A DNA stretch of 64,000 nucleotides from Eledone cirrhosa (Eukaryota). This document shows, piece after piece, positions 36,562-49,545 of this stretch. The notes beneath the pieces are model-generated. The model saw only the letters and a list, made by a program, of their open reading frames with translations, had not been told where the DNA came from and did no database searches. Where the stretch lies: assembly GCA_964016885.1 (NCBI GenBank), contig OZ024740.1:357740001-357804000 (forward strand), read 5' to 3'. The first letter of the stretch is position 1, and each line of letters starts with the position of its first letter. The translations under genes and the position numbers were made by a program.

Positions 36562-36607
36562 GACCACCTGGCATAACTTTGCCAACATCCTTACAAAATG
36601 ACTGTGT
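36562..36607 (+). CDS. MAP2K6: 46-bp micro-exon of MKK3/6 (xPPGITLPTSLQNDCV)
   Basis: TTTATTTGCAG| acceptor, |GTAAGT donor; phase-2 end matches the phase of the 45898 exon; PG-I-x-L-P resembles human MKK6 NPGLKIP. Confidence 0.75.
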
Positions 36608-38599
36608 GTAAGTAAAGGCATTTTCTTTTTCATTTCTTAATTCCTTATGTTGAAATAGGAATTAAGATTTTCTTTCTTTTCTCTTGTTCTATGTCACTTT
36701 GTGCTTGAAGATCATCAAATTCTTACAACACATGCCACTGTTTTTGATATGTTTACTTGTTACATGGATTAACATTCAATTTTTATTCTCATGCCAATGA
36801 CCCATAATCAAAATAAAAAAAATAAAAAAATAAACATTTTTTTTTTAATGTTTGCTGTCTTTTCTATAGAGTTATTGTAGGTATTGAACATATGAGCCTG
36901 CTCTGTTTAACATGTTATGTTGACAAGGTACAAGTTATGTGAAATCAGTTAAACCAAAATAAGACATTAGGAATACATTCACATTTATTATCATACAGCA
37001 ACACAAATTTCTTTCAAATACTAACAATGGTTAGTTGTACAAAATGCTTTCAAATACTAACAACACAAAAATATTTGTTTCCTGAAATTTTTGCTTAACT
37101 CTTAACATCCTGTAATGATTTAGCAGAAATATCTAAAAATAGGCTTGTTAATTCAAGTATTCATAGTGTCTTTATTAGTGGACAAACTTGTGAAAATGTG
37201 CAGTATTAGAGCAGAAACTTTTAATTTTTGTCATGGTACCAGCTCTACCTCATTATAATATCACTAGGGTGCTTGGTGTATTGGCTGGGGAGGCATTGAT
37301 GGGAGTGGGGGCATGTGAAAAAGTGTGAGTGGTGCAGGCTATATGCTGATTATCAGGGAGACATCCAGCTGTGGGAGAAGGAAGTGCTGGGTTATGGGAA
37401 TAACACTGAAGCAAGTGAGTGGTGTCTGACATATTGTGGAATGTGCCTGAATAGGTGAGTCAGGGATGTGTGTGTGAAAGGAGGGGGATATGGGTTGTGT
37501 GAGGAAGAAGAATCAGAGAAGGTCCATATGGTGAGAGAAGGGTATTTCTATTTTTTCTCCTTTGGCTAAGCTACGCACGATGCACATTGGTTTGTAGCAT
37601 TTTTTATTTGTTTATTTTTTTTACTACTTCATTTGTGTAATTCACTTGTATCTCCCTGTTTTGTTGCATCCCGTTGTGCACTGGAATAAATAGTATCAAC
37701 CTTGATGCACTGAAACTATAGTGATTTCATGAGGTTGATTGATGAGAAGGGACTGTCCATTTTCCCATTGTTTTTTCCATTGTCTTTGTCCTGTGTGCCC
37801 CACTGTTTTGGATATATATATATATAGGAGATATGATCAATCAGTAACTAGAAAATTTCAAGAGAGACATATATTTTCATAAACTTACAAAACTTCCCCA
37901 CTTCTGGAAGAGCTCCTCCCAGTCCTTCATCTGTAGTTCTATCAGGAAATAAGCTGATGCCTCCTTCAGTTCATATGTTGACTCAAATCTGTTTCCCCTA
38001 AGGCTGAAGAAGTCACAAAGAGCCAGGCCGGGACTGTAGGGTGGATGTTATACCACTTTCATCTCCCTGTTGGTCATCTAGGTGGTGATAAGCATTGACT
38101 TGTGGTTTGGCGCATTGTTCTGGTGGGACCACCACTCTCCACTGCTCCACACTCTTCTTACACACACACACACACACACACATATAACAACAACTTTTCA
38201 CTCCCACGGTTTTCACCTCCTACATATATGTTATGATGGACAGACAGAGGGAGAAACAGATTCTCTTTTATAATATAGATAGATTAAAAGAAATGGGATA
38301 TTGTTTCTTTCCAGGGACTATGTTGAAAAATATACCTCATTTGGTCATTCCATGAGAGTATCTTGGTCAGCCTATGAACTTGTCAGCTGTAGCATTACTC
38401 AAAATAACTTCACTCAAAATTAACTTTGCTCAAAATGAAAGGAACTGAACAGGGCCACTTCCCTGAAGGAATCAGAGTTCTATCTTCGCTCCTACTCACC
38501 AGCACCTTTAGTTTTGGCTAAGTTTATTTCCAGGACTTTTGATTCTAAATTCTGTTTCCATAGTCAGAACTTATTCTCTCTCTCTCTCTCTCACATATC

Positions 38600-40420
38600 A
38601 TCTGATGGATATATAAGCACCTACTTACCCACTTGCACATTGGATTTCTCACTAAACTGATAACCTACTCTAACTTTGGTGACAACACCTCTGTAAATGG
38701 CTTGCTCAGCTCTCACAAGCTGTTCATCTACACCCAGTTTCCTTAATAACTACTAGATAACAGCTTATGGTACACTGTGAAAATCTCCTCCAGGTCAATG
38801 AACGCTAGATACACTTGGTTAGTAACCTCTCTTGTAGTTGTCTCACTAGGATGTGAGCATCTGCAGGGCTTCTTGGCCCCAAACCAAACTGCATATCAGT
38901 TAATTTGGCTCTTTCCATAATTAGTTGTGTTAATACTGTCACTTTCATAATTCAGTCCATCAGTTTCATGCTTTTGTAGTTGCTCCTTTTTAGAGCATCA
39001 CCTTTTCTCTTGTAACAATTAATGGTTTTACTGCTATGCCAATCATTAGGTCTGATACCATCATATACTATCTTGACTAGCTTGACTCCTATTTCACTAG
39101 TTGATTTCAGCATCTCAGTAATAATATATGATGGTCTAGCAGTTTTCCATTTCTCATATCTCTGATTGCTTTTTTGACCCTGTAACCATCAACTTTAATA
39201 GCTGGTCCCTCTCTTGAGTCTCCTGAGGGTAGTCCCTCCATTCTTTCATCAGATTCATCAACTCCATATAACATTTTTAAGCCACTTTCTTCTCAGCATC
39301 AGTGAGGTTAAATGCTCTAGTGTCATTCCAACCACACCTCTCCCCAATGACATCCTGATTTACACTGACACACTGTTATGTGGAGCACCTTGCACCTCTG
39401 ATACATCATAGAATGTTGCCAACTTTCCTGCTTTCAGCCTCTTTATTTTCTATGTAAATCTGACATTAGCTTTTCTTTTAGCCATTTCATATTGTTCTTT
39501 ACTGCCTCCATTTTTCCAGTCCTTCCATGTCTATATCTTATCTTTAATGGCACTGTCTATAGTGCTCTTCTACCACCAGGCCACCCTTCGTCTGGCTGGT
39601 ACCTTGCTCTAGCCAGTTCTTTTGTAGAAACTTCCATTTGTCTTCAATGTCATGTGTGTCTATCTCCTCCTCCCTCTCGTACACATCGCATAGATTTTTT
39701 TCTGAACCTACCAAATTCAACAGAGAGGGTCTTTTAGTTTTCACACCTTCTTCTCCATGTTTCCTGCATTTCTGAGTTTGTTTAGCTCTTATTCTGATGT
39801 TGGGTTTGCATTCTTCTCTGAGAAAGGACCTATCATTCATGATTATTTGTCTATCCCATTTTCTAACATGCAAGAAGTCAGTTTAGCTTTCATGTTTGCC
39901 TGATTAGTAGATGATCAAGTGGCTTGCCAGATACCTGGTGTTAGTGTTGCAAAATTCTAGGAACCTTGATCCCCCTTCATTTCTCAACCCATATCCATGG
40001 TCATAATGCATTCCAAAGTTGCCATTCTGATGTTGACAAACATGGCCACTGATGTCACCTGCCAGTGATGAAGTTGCTGTCATCTTTTAATGAAATCATC
40101 TGTAAGAGGTACTCATAGAAATGGTCCTTTTGTTCTTTACTTAGCCCTGATTATGGTGCATAGGTAGAGATAATTGCTGGCATTCTATTGTTTATGCCTT
40201 TTTGAACTTTACAATTCTGTCATTTACTCTAAATTCCTCAATCATTTTATTTATCCACTTCTCAGCTAGTAAAATGCCTTCTACACCCACACCATTATCA
40301 TTTCCTTGTATTTATGCTGTTTGCCTGTGAGGAGTTTGGCTGAGGCTCCCCTCTATCTCACCTTGTGAACACAGCACACATCTACTCGTCTCCACTTAAG
40401 CATCTCCACATTAAGTGTGG
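38600..40420 (-). mobile_element. Decayed RTE (APE to RT domain 4)
   Basis: Remnant motifs for AGDISGHV, EFCN, QFG, AFIDLE; many stops. Confidence 0.75.
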
Positions 40421-42322
40421 TAACCCTGAAATATGTTTTCTGACATTAGTAGTCTTTTTTCTGTGTCTGAAAAGGAATGTTTGTGTGCAATCGCTTGATG
40501 ATGGTTAAGGGTTTCTTGCACATTGCAAGGCCAGCCACCCTTTATTGTATGCAGAATTAACATGATTAATATTAGTCCTACATAAACAATTAGTGTGTGT
40601 ATATTATAGGCTATGTTTTTCATAGTTTTTGGCAAGTTTATTTTCTTGCTGGATGCTCTTATCACCAGCCAATTTATTAATCGGACTAGGTGCATTTTTA
40701 CCACCAGTACTAGAGAGGTTGCTTGACAGGACATAAGTGTTCTCTCTAGCTTGTATTGGATTTTATTCAGAGTGATTGCTCTCCTAGACGGGTTGTCTTT
40801 GCTATGACTTATGGAGCCTATGTCTACTATGTGCAGTCTTACTTATTTGGAGTGACTGCCCTCTTAAATAGACTGCTTTCCCTGAAGTTTATTGAGTTCA
40901 TGTTCCCCCAACCCACATACAATTTTATTTATTTGGAGTTACTGCTGACTTCCCTCTGACTTACTGAACCCTTGTCTGCCTCCAAGATATACATATACTA
41001 TATTCATATATGTGTATGTATATATATATATATATATCCATACTTGTATATTACATTCATTCATATATATATATATATATATTTTATCCATACTTGTATA
41101 TTATATTCATATAATATATATATATATATACTGTATATGTGTGTGTGTGTGTGTGTGCATATATATGGCGAAACTGTCATGTGGCTTGCAAGGCTAACCC
41201 ATGCTTCAGTAGAGAAAATAGCTTTAAAATATTTGTTCTTGTGTCTTCTATCCTTCTTAATTTTGGAGAGCTTAAGAGCTCTATTTAATTCGTTATTCTA
41301 GTGTAGGATGACTCATGGGATCAATGGATTGCTTTTCTGCTTCTATTTCAGTTACACTTGTTGAGAGGGTTGGGCTATATTTGGATTTTATTTTCGATTA
41401 GATAGTTAATTCACCTGTTTAATCTATGCATGTAATATACACAGACTGGGCTGTTCTAATAAGGAAACTCTTTTGTGATAATGTGCTTATTTTAAAAGTA
41501 GGTTCAAGAAAGGTGAAAAATTTGAATTTGTAATGAAGTAAATTTTATTTCTTAATTCAGTATTCTATTAGAAGCTGTATCTAAGCTGAATTTTGCATGT
41601 TTCTCTTTTTTTTATATAACCACAGATAGGCTACTTCTTGACAAGGTTTATTAGAAAATTATACTGAATGTATTGTTGTTATGTATATAATATATATATA
41701 ACATTATGATTAAAGTTCTTTTACTTTCAATAAAATTCATTATTTTTTTTCTTACTAAATTGTTACTGTTTGTTTTTGGTATGCTTATATAATGTAAAAG
41801 TGCTATGGTATAGGTTCTATATGAGCCATTTCTGCAACCTAAAATTGATTTCTAATTGAAACATTTCACTAATGTCTGAGAAAGGCTTGAATGTTCTGTT
41901 CATATTTTCTTTCTCGTTAAGTAAATATGATTAATTCAACACCGACTTCCTTATTCTATGCTATTTTTTAAAACTATTACAAGAGTGTGGACAAGGCTAG
42001 CTGTTATTTTTTTCTTTTCTTTTTAGTACTATGGTCATGAGATTAAGTTGGCAGACTACTAGCCACATGATCTGACCATGATCTCAAATCTTACTAAGAA
42101 TATTGTATGTATTGTGCTCCTGAGAATGTTTTCTTTTTTCTCTTCTGCATAATTTCAACTTATTTTTAATATTTTTCATTTTGCCATTGAGTATTGAGAA
42201 AAATAGCAACTAACTGCTATACAACATCAAAACATTCAAATTTGTGCTAGAATGGAAAACTGAATATATGATATATGTGTGATATTTGTGTTTTTCTTGA
42301 GTGAGTTAGAGGAATAGCTTAA

Positions 42323-42514
42323 CCCTTTAGTATTTACATTACTCTATATATACTATTGTATTTTCACGGTAAAGGCTTTATCTCACATAATATCGAATCT
42401 ATGAGATTTTGATATCATACCTTAACGTCAGTATGAATGGCTGGTTACAGCTGCTTTGAACATAAAAAGGTGAGAGAATTCTGGCTGGATACAGCTGGTT
42501 TAAATGCTAAAGGG
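42323..42514. mobile_element. TTAA-target MITE family 1
   Basis: TTAA-CCCTTTAGTATTTA...TAAATGCTAAAGGG-TTAA. Confidence 0.85.
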
Positions 42515-44399
42515 TTAAGTGGATTGTCTTCAACTAGCATGTAAAGCTTTGTCAGACTTGGCTTCCTCCAGAAATATAGTTCACTTTTGACTAATCAAGA
42601 GGAAATTTTAGTATGAACAGAGGCATATGTGATTGCGTTGCACACTCATATATTTATTAGTATATAATCTAAAATAAACACATTGTGGAATGAAAAGCAG
42701 TCAACAGGTAGAAAGTATATATATTTTAAAATAATGTCTGTGTATGTGGATTTGAGGTTTATAGAATATAAATAGCTAAGATAGAATCTTGTAATTCATT
42801 TAGCCTTATGCTCTAAGGTTACTGCTAACTTACTACTTTTCTTGCTACAGGAATATTAAAAACCAAAATAAAATTGGTTACTAATTTAAGAAAAATAAGA
42901 TAGTGGCTATTTTTAACTATTATAATAATCTAGAGTAATGTAAAGGCAAAAGTTATTTATGAAGTAAAACTTGGCAATCAAACTGTAAAAGTTTTTGAAA
43001 AATAGCAAATTATTTTAGATTATTTAATGAGGAAATTAAACAGATTTACCATATATACTTGAATATAAGCCAATCCCACTATTTTATGTCCGAGAAATGG
43101 GCAAATATACAAACCTTATTTACGTAGAATTTGAAGTTGGTGAAAATCGTCAAAATATTGACCTTGAATATACGTCAACCCTCCTTCTAATATTGATTTT
43201 TATTCCTCGACTATATACAGTAGGTAATGCTCATTGAAGTCTCTTTCAGGTTTTTAATTTTATATAACAGCAATAAGATTTTGCTATGCTAAACTCCATG
43301 TTATATCATTCCAATTGCTAAATTGTTTCTGGAAGAAGGCAGGCACATCAAAACTACCCCTCTCCTCTTCTTTATATAATTCAGAAACATGTAAAAATGA
43401 AAGTTACTCTTCTTCATATTAAGTTGGTTAAATGAATTGCAACCAGTCTAGAAAACTGAATCATTAGGTTATTTAGACTACCAGCTGAAGCGTTTTAGCA
43501 ACTTTCTACTTTGGTGTTTTCTTCTCTGTAAATCCTGTGGTTGTTTCACTTACTAAGTTTAGGAGAAGTTGTTCGATTTGATGGTGATTATATTTTTAGT
43601 CTCTTATCTCGTGATTCTAATTTCAAATTATGGTTTAAAATATCTAAACTGAAGTAGCATCACAAGACTATCAGTGGTTTTGTTACAGAAATAAATGTTT
43701 TTTTTCTTTCTAAAACCATTAATTCACAATTATATCAAGCATAGTTTAAATTTGTAACATCACCAAAATCCCACCTCACAGCTTTTGTGTTATTAGGCAA
43801 CTTTGACACCTGTTTATTGAATCATAACTGACTAAGTCAGTAGAGTGTCAGCATAGTTGAAAAAAAAACAAAAAATGAACAGCAGTAGGAACATTATCTA
43901 ATTGATGGGTCGGTTTCTTAGCTTACAATGCTGAGTTCAACTACTTCTAAAGATCCACATTATGGAATGGTAGGGAATAGTGCCCTAGTGTATCCTGCCC
44001 TAATGTATCCTGCCCAAGGAACCCTGAATTGACTCAACCAGCTGCAAGTTTCATTTTTTGTTTCAATTATTTCAATTGAAATGTTTTATGTATTTATGCA
44101 ATATCTGTTGTCACATGGGATTTGACAAATAACTGTAATAACAAATAAAGCATGCAGTTTGTGTTTGCACAGTTAATCCTGTAGCACACTAAACCACATT
44201 AGCAAAACATTCTTAAAAATACAAAACAGCCCTATGACACAATCACGCTGAAAATTGACATCTTTACTGCTAATATTACAACAGACTGTCTCCTAGTAAA
44301 GATACTTACTATAAAGTCATTTCATGAAGTTAAAATATTGTGCATTAAGTAATATACCATTTATCTTTTTTAGCTTACCATAGTAATTTTATTGATTTT

Positions 44400-44630
44400 A
44401 AAAGCGCCCAGTCCACACTTTAAAGTGGTTGTGTAGGTGTAGCACCCAGTACTCACCGTAAATGAGGTTGGCGCTAGGAAGGGCAGCCAGCAGTAGAAAC
44501 CAAGCTAAAATCGGTTCTGTATCAGCATGACATGGTCACCTGACCTAGCATTGCTTACAGCAGGATAACTCGTCTAACCCATGCCAGTGTGGAAAAATTG
44601 ACGTTAAACGATAATGATGATGATGATGAT
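44400..44630 (+). mobile_element. RTE 3'UTR fragment
   Basis: GGTTGGCGCTAGGAAGGGC, terminal hairpin, (GAT)n tail. Confidence 0.75.
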
Positions 44631-44989
44631 GTTCATAGTCACACCTGACTGAGGCTGTAGACAATTGACATGTTAACATATTACTTATTTTAGTCTACCT
44701 CATTTCAGAAACATATCTTTTTACAGATGCTGCTAGCTACGATGCTGTTCTTTATAGTAAATGAGAGATGGGATGGGATGGTTTTCTATTTTCTTTTCCT
44801 GGTAGTTATGATGCCTAAGATTTATAGCAATGGGATAAATGATGTTCATGCCTTTCTTATATGCAACAAGGTGAAGTATCAAGGAAGTTAGAAAGATCTT
44901 CAACTGGAAAATTAAGACAAGCCTATGGATTATGCTAGCTTGATACTTGACACTGTATACTAAAGATGACAATTTGTATATAGACACGC

Positions 44990-45155
44990 ACATCATCATC
45001 ATCATCATTATCGTTTAACGTCTATCTTCCACGCTAGCATGGATTTAGACGGGAATTGTCCCACTTGAGGCAGGATTGGTTGTCTTGCTCGTATAGGACT
45101 GTCTGGCAGGTTTTCTACGGCTGGATGCCCTTCCTAACACCAACCACATTTACAA
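44990..45155 (-). mobile_element. RTE-A 3'UTR fragment
   Basis: Matches 3836-3990. Confidence 0.85.
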
Positions 45156-45170
45156 TACGTATATATGTAC

Positions 45171-45239
<69 letters not shown>

Positions 45240-45301
45240 GTAGAACACTGGAGGGTTATATCCGTAGTAGTAGAGCACTCAGTCCATGGGACGAGTTTGG
45301 T

Positions 45302-45426
45302 AGAAGTAGTTCCACAACAGTTAGTTCATCTTACCGAGAACAAATGTTTCACCTTGCCAATCATCAGCTCGGTCTGTGAAACATTTGTTCTCGATATGGT
45401 GAACTAACTGTTGTGGAACTACTTTT
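45302..45426. repeat. Foldback (~50-bp arms) between microsatellites
   Basis: AGTAGTTCCACAACAGTTAGTTCA...GAGAACAAATGTTTCAC versus GTGAAACATTTGTTCTC...TGAACTAACTGTTGTGGAACTACT. Confidence 0.9.
45333..45373 (-). ncRNA. Minimal hammerhead ribozyme motif (weak stem II)
   Basis: ACCGAG-CUGAUGA-UUGGCAAGGU-GAAA-CAUUUG-UU-CUCGGU: canonical core, perfect 6-bp stem I. Confidence 0.65.
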
Positions 45427-45457
45427 ATATATATATATGGAACTACTATATATATAG

Positions 45458-45815
45458 TGAAGGCGCATGGCTTAGTGGTTAGAACATTGGGCTTGCAATC
45501 GAAAGGTTGTGAGTTCAATACTCGAACCGGGTGATGTGTTCTTTCCTTGAGCACTTTATTCACATTGCTCCAGTTTACTCAGCTATAGAAATGAGATGAT
45601 AGGACTGGGGTCTCTATCATTCCACTGCAAAGTGGACGTGGAGGTGCCACAGCAAAAAAGCATCTAGCACTCACTGTAAATGAGGTTGGTGTTAGGAAGG
45701 GCATCCAGCTGTAGAAATCAAGCCAGAATCAATTCCCGTATGAGCAAGACAAGGTCAGCCGACCAGACACTGCCCACAACAGGACAACCCATCTAACCCA
45801 TGCTAGCATGGAAGA
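45458..45815 (+). mobile_element. tRNA-derived SINE family 2 with RTE-type 3' tail
   Basis: TGGCTTAGTGG, GAGTTCAATAC, CCTTGAGCA.., RTE-C-like 3'UTR ending CCATGCTAGCATGG. Confidence 0.85.
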
Positions 45816-45897
45816 ACAGATGTACACACACACACATATATCATATATATATATATATTACTGATTACATCGTATTCAATTGGTTCTTTGTTTACAG

Positions 45898-46063
45898 TAG
45901 TCCCCCTGGTAATTTGGATTCCAAAACTGAAATCAATATAGGAGGCCAAAAGTTCAATTGTGAGGCAGATGATTTGGAAAGTTTAAGTACCCTGGGTCAG
46001 GGAGCTTATGGTGTAGTAGAGAAAATGAGACATCGACCCAGTGGTAAAATCATGGCAGTTAAA
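45898..46063 (+). CDS. MAP2K6: MKK3/6 exon: pre-kinase region, Gly loop and subdomain II
   Basis: SPPGNLDSKTEINIGGQKFNCEADDLESLSTLGQGAYGVVEKMRHRPSGKIMAVK; TTTACAG| ... |GTAAGT. Confidence 0.95.
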
Positions 46064-46714
46064 GTAAGTATCTTTTTCAACATCTAATTTCTATGAAAAC
46101 ACCCTAAGAATGGGAGATTCAAAGATTGCAGGTAATTTTATAATATTGTTTTACATGGAAGAAGGAGTTGTAGTTAGCTGAGATGAATTGACTTTAACTA
46201 AAATCTGAAGGGTTTGTGGGTTGTATCTCGTGATTAGAGTTGTGCTGTTTTTCCAAGAAATTCAAATCTACATTATCCTCTACATTTAACTGTAAATATG
46301 TTCTACTGAATGTTTGATACAGCTCACTGCTGTAAGTAATGTAAACATTGTAAAATTGACAAGTATTTCATTACCTTACAGTGTTAATTTCAATTCCTCC
46401 TGTTAAAGAGGGATGGGCTCTGCCAGATGATTTATTGTACATGAAGATGAGATCTAGAAACACCTCTCTAATGAACTAATGTGTTGAAATGTTTAAACAT
46501 TTTGCGTGTTGATATTAGTCTAGAAGCAAGTTTGTTTACTGTCTTTAGAACATTCTTTGTATTAAAAAAAAATAGAAAAAAAAAGCTTAAAGAAAAATAA
46601 AATTTTGAATTTTAAAACTCAATAGTTTGACAAAAAAAATGTAAATAAATATAGCAAATTGGAAGGTTAGTTAGTTCTTTTTTTTTATCTTCCTTCATCT
46701 TTCTAGAATTTATA

Positions 46715-46943
46715 AATTGCTTTCTGATTTAGGTACAAGACCAACAATTTTGTGGTTGGGGAAAGTCGATTAAATCAATCCCAGTGCATTACTGGTACTT
46801 TATTTTATCGACCTTGTAAGGATGAAAGTCAAAGTTAACCTCGGTGGGATTTGAACTCAGAGAGTAATTTATGCCATAGAGGTGTAATCTATGCCATAAA
46901 GCATGTTGTCTGGCGTTCTACCCATACTGCCAATCCACCACCC
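46715..46943 (-). mobile_element. tRNA-derived SINE family 1
   Basis: Same A/B-box and central block; imperfect flanking duplication TCTAGAATT.ATA.ATT. Confidence 0.85.
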
Positions 46944-47122
46944 TCTAGAATTGATAGATTATTAATTCAATGCTTATGATAGAGTTCAAAGGCTATTGTT
47001 TATACCATTTTGTATTTAGTAGTGTGTTTTTATGTCATGCTGACTATAAGAGTCAGTATGCTACTGTTATATGACCTTATCTCTTCTTCACCTCCTGTTT
47101 CTTGTTTATCAATATCTAAACT

Positions 47123-47290
47123 GAGGGTCCCTTGAGGGCCACATGGGTCACGTGTTGTCTGAGGGCCACACACGACAACTGATTGCACACATTACAACTA
47201 ATTTTACAAAGATAAAACATGCTCACGCTGTAAAAACCTTTGTGTGGGCCACAGGTGTGCTTGTAAAGGGCCACATGTTTGACATGCCTG
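47123..47290. mobile_element. hAT/Charlie-like MITE
   Basis: 8-bp flanking duplication TCTAAACT (47115-47122, 47291-47298), end GTTTGACATGCCTG, repeated GGGCCAC subterminal motifs. Confidence 0.55.
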
Positions 47291-47399
47291 TCTAAACTGG
47301 TGTACTGCCTGAGAAAAACGAGTATATAGTCAGATTAGGGTGGGGTAGTGCCCATGACTTTTGCAGGTTTTATTCTAGGTTTATGAGACCAATTTAGTT

Positions 47400-48012
47400 T
47401 GGTAGCTTGGACTTTTGTAGGGCTAACATGAGCAGGCTGGAAAGAAATTCCATAGAACTGGGGTTCTGCATTGGGTGGGTACATAAAAAAATGTATTGGT
47501 GTGAGAAGAATATTTAATAATGTAATAATGTGGCTGCTACATTTAATTTTGGGAGGAGGCTACAGATGGAGAAGATGTTGAACTGAATCTTGGAAATACC
47601 ATGAAGATGTAAGTTATGAAAGCATTTTGTTACCTAGGAGACATGTTGAATGGAGAAGAACTGAGTTGCATGCTAATGAGGATGGGATTGTTGCTGAAAC
47701 TGAAAGGAGAAGTGTGTACTGCATGTGTAGGAAATGCCATGGTTTATGGGAGTGACACATGGGTGATGAATGTGGAGCAGCAGAGAAGGCTGGCATGAAT
47801 GTGAATAGGAATGGTTTGGTGGACGAAGAACACAAGCAATAAATTGCAGAAGATGATGAAAATAGAGCCACAGATAAAAGGTTTGAAAAGAAAAAGAATG
47901 AGATGGCTAGGTCATGTTTTGAGGAAGAATGAAAGCAACTGGTTGAGAGGAGTGATGAATATGAATGTAGAAAGAAGTAGAGGAAAGGGAAGACTAAAAA
48001 AGAAATGGCTAA
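47400..48012 (+). mobile_element. Old RTE 3' coding fragment
   Basis: FCYLGD, MVYGSDTW, MRWLGHVLRK, GRLKKKW. Confidence 0.75.
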
Positions 48013-48014
48013 AA

Positions 48015-48370
48015 ATAATTGTTTCTACTTTTGGCACAAGGCCAGCAATTATTCCAGTATATTACTAGCACTTTATTTTATCGACCCCGTAAGGATGAAA
48101 GGCAAAGTTAACCTCGGCAAAGTTAACCTGGCTAAAAATAATGGAGGGGGAAATGAAAGTTGGTGAGGGGAGTATAAAGAGGATATGGCTTGGCAGTATC
48201 GGTAGAAGGTCAGATGCCATGCTTTGCAGCATAGAGTTACGCCCCTTTATAGTCTGAGTTCAAATCCCACTGAGGTTCTCTTTGCCTTTCATCCTGACGA
48301 GGTCGATAAAATAAAGTACCAGTAATGTACTGAGATAATTGCTGGCATTGTGCCAAAAGTAGACACACTT
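48015..48370. mobile_element. Two SINE family 1 copies in opposite orientation (partial - at 48015-48130; + at 48184-48370)
   Basis: Family motifs on both strands. Confidence 0.8.
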
Positions 48371-48400
48371 ATATAGAGTAGTATTTTGAGTGGAGCTTAA

Positions 48401-48840
48401 CCCTTCCATTATCATAGTTCTAATGAAAGACACTGCCTATAATTTTCAAATAATTTGAAAATAATAATTTGGGGAGATTTAATTTGCTTTCTCGTTTATC
48501 TGGTGTTTGGAACATACCTTGGGGGAGGATGTTAAATAAAATTATAATGGAAGGTTTTTATATAAATATAAACACTTTAACCCTTCAGCATTTACATAAC
48601 TCTATATTTACTATTGTATTTTCATGGTAAACACTTTATTTTACATAATTATCTCACATAATATCGAATCTACGAGATTTTGATATTATTTATTTTGAGA
48701 ACAATACCTTAATGTAATATGAGCAGCCGGTTAGAGTCAGTGAGAGAATTGTGGCCGGATACGGCCGGTTTAAATGCTAAAGGGTTAAAACGTAAACCGT
48801 TCTGTATCATAGAACCAAGGATGGTTTGGTAATAAAGGAG
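48401..48840. mobile_element. TTAA-target MITE family 2 with a family 1 MITE nested at 48581-48784
   Basis: Outer TTAA-CCCTT...GGAG-TTAA; inner TTAA-CCCTTCAGCATTTA...CTAAAGGG-TTAA; related outer-family copies at ~35235, ~36215, ~49800, ~63175. Confidence 0.75.
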
Positions 48841-49362
48841 TTAAAAATGTTAGTCTCAAAAGCTCAGTTCACCTAGCTGTAAATAGATTAGCTGCTATTG
48901 GCAACATGAACTGTCATTCTCAAATGTCATTCAAAATATACCAGAATGCCTTACTCTTAACTTGGTCTCTCGTATTTTCACTATTGTTTTGCAAAGCTTG
49001 GAAACTAAAGGTAAAAGTCTGCTATCCAAGGCAACTGTTAAATATCTGTGTTGACAACAATTAATTCAAAGTATAGTTTGCTGAAGAATATCGATAAATT
49101 CAGTTGCTGGGATTAGTAGAAATTGTTACATTTAAGCTCTTGCTGTTTGCAGTTGAAGGGCAAAAGCTTAAGACAGACTTCCTACTCCTCACAGCATTTG
49201 AACTTATTGACATTCCCTGATATTCTTTTGATAAAGGTATAAGCTTCTTTTGATGTTGTTGTTGATATCATTGTTGCTTTTTTTTAATATCATCTGATGT
49301 TCTTTTGCTTTCCATTGTTCAACTTGAAATGTGTTTTGTTTCATATTATTCTTATTCTTCTT

Positions 49363-49545
49363 GTGGATTGGCAGTATCGGTCGGATGCCATGTTTTGGAG
49401 CATAGAGTTATGTCCCTTTACGTTCTGAGTTCAAATCCCGCTGAGGTTAACTTTGCCTTTCATCCTTACAAGGTCGATAAAATAAAGTACCAGTAATGCA
49501 CTGGGATAATTGCTCACCTTGTGCCAAAAGTAGAAACAATTATTC
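49363..49545 (+). mobile_element. tRNA-derived SINE family 1
   Basis: TGGCAGTATCGG, GAGTTCAAATCC, central block and tail. Confidence 0.85.

Noticed and set aside
37690-37740. Degenerate hammerhead or hairpin (CTTGATGCACTGAAACTATAGT)
   Set aside because: Core and stem II too degraded to support
38200-38282. Helitron-like terminus (minus-strand ATCTATATTATAAAAG...TCTGTCTGTCC; similar at ~63812 on +)
   Set aside because: Only a weak 5' motif; no 3' hairpin/CTAG end identified
43047-43222. pogo/Tc2-like MITE remnant (TACCATATATACTTGAATATAAGCC)
   Set aside because: Second TIR too degenerate to define the element
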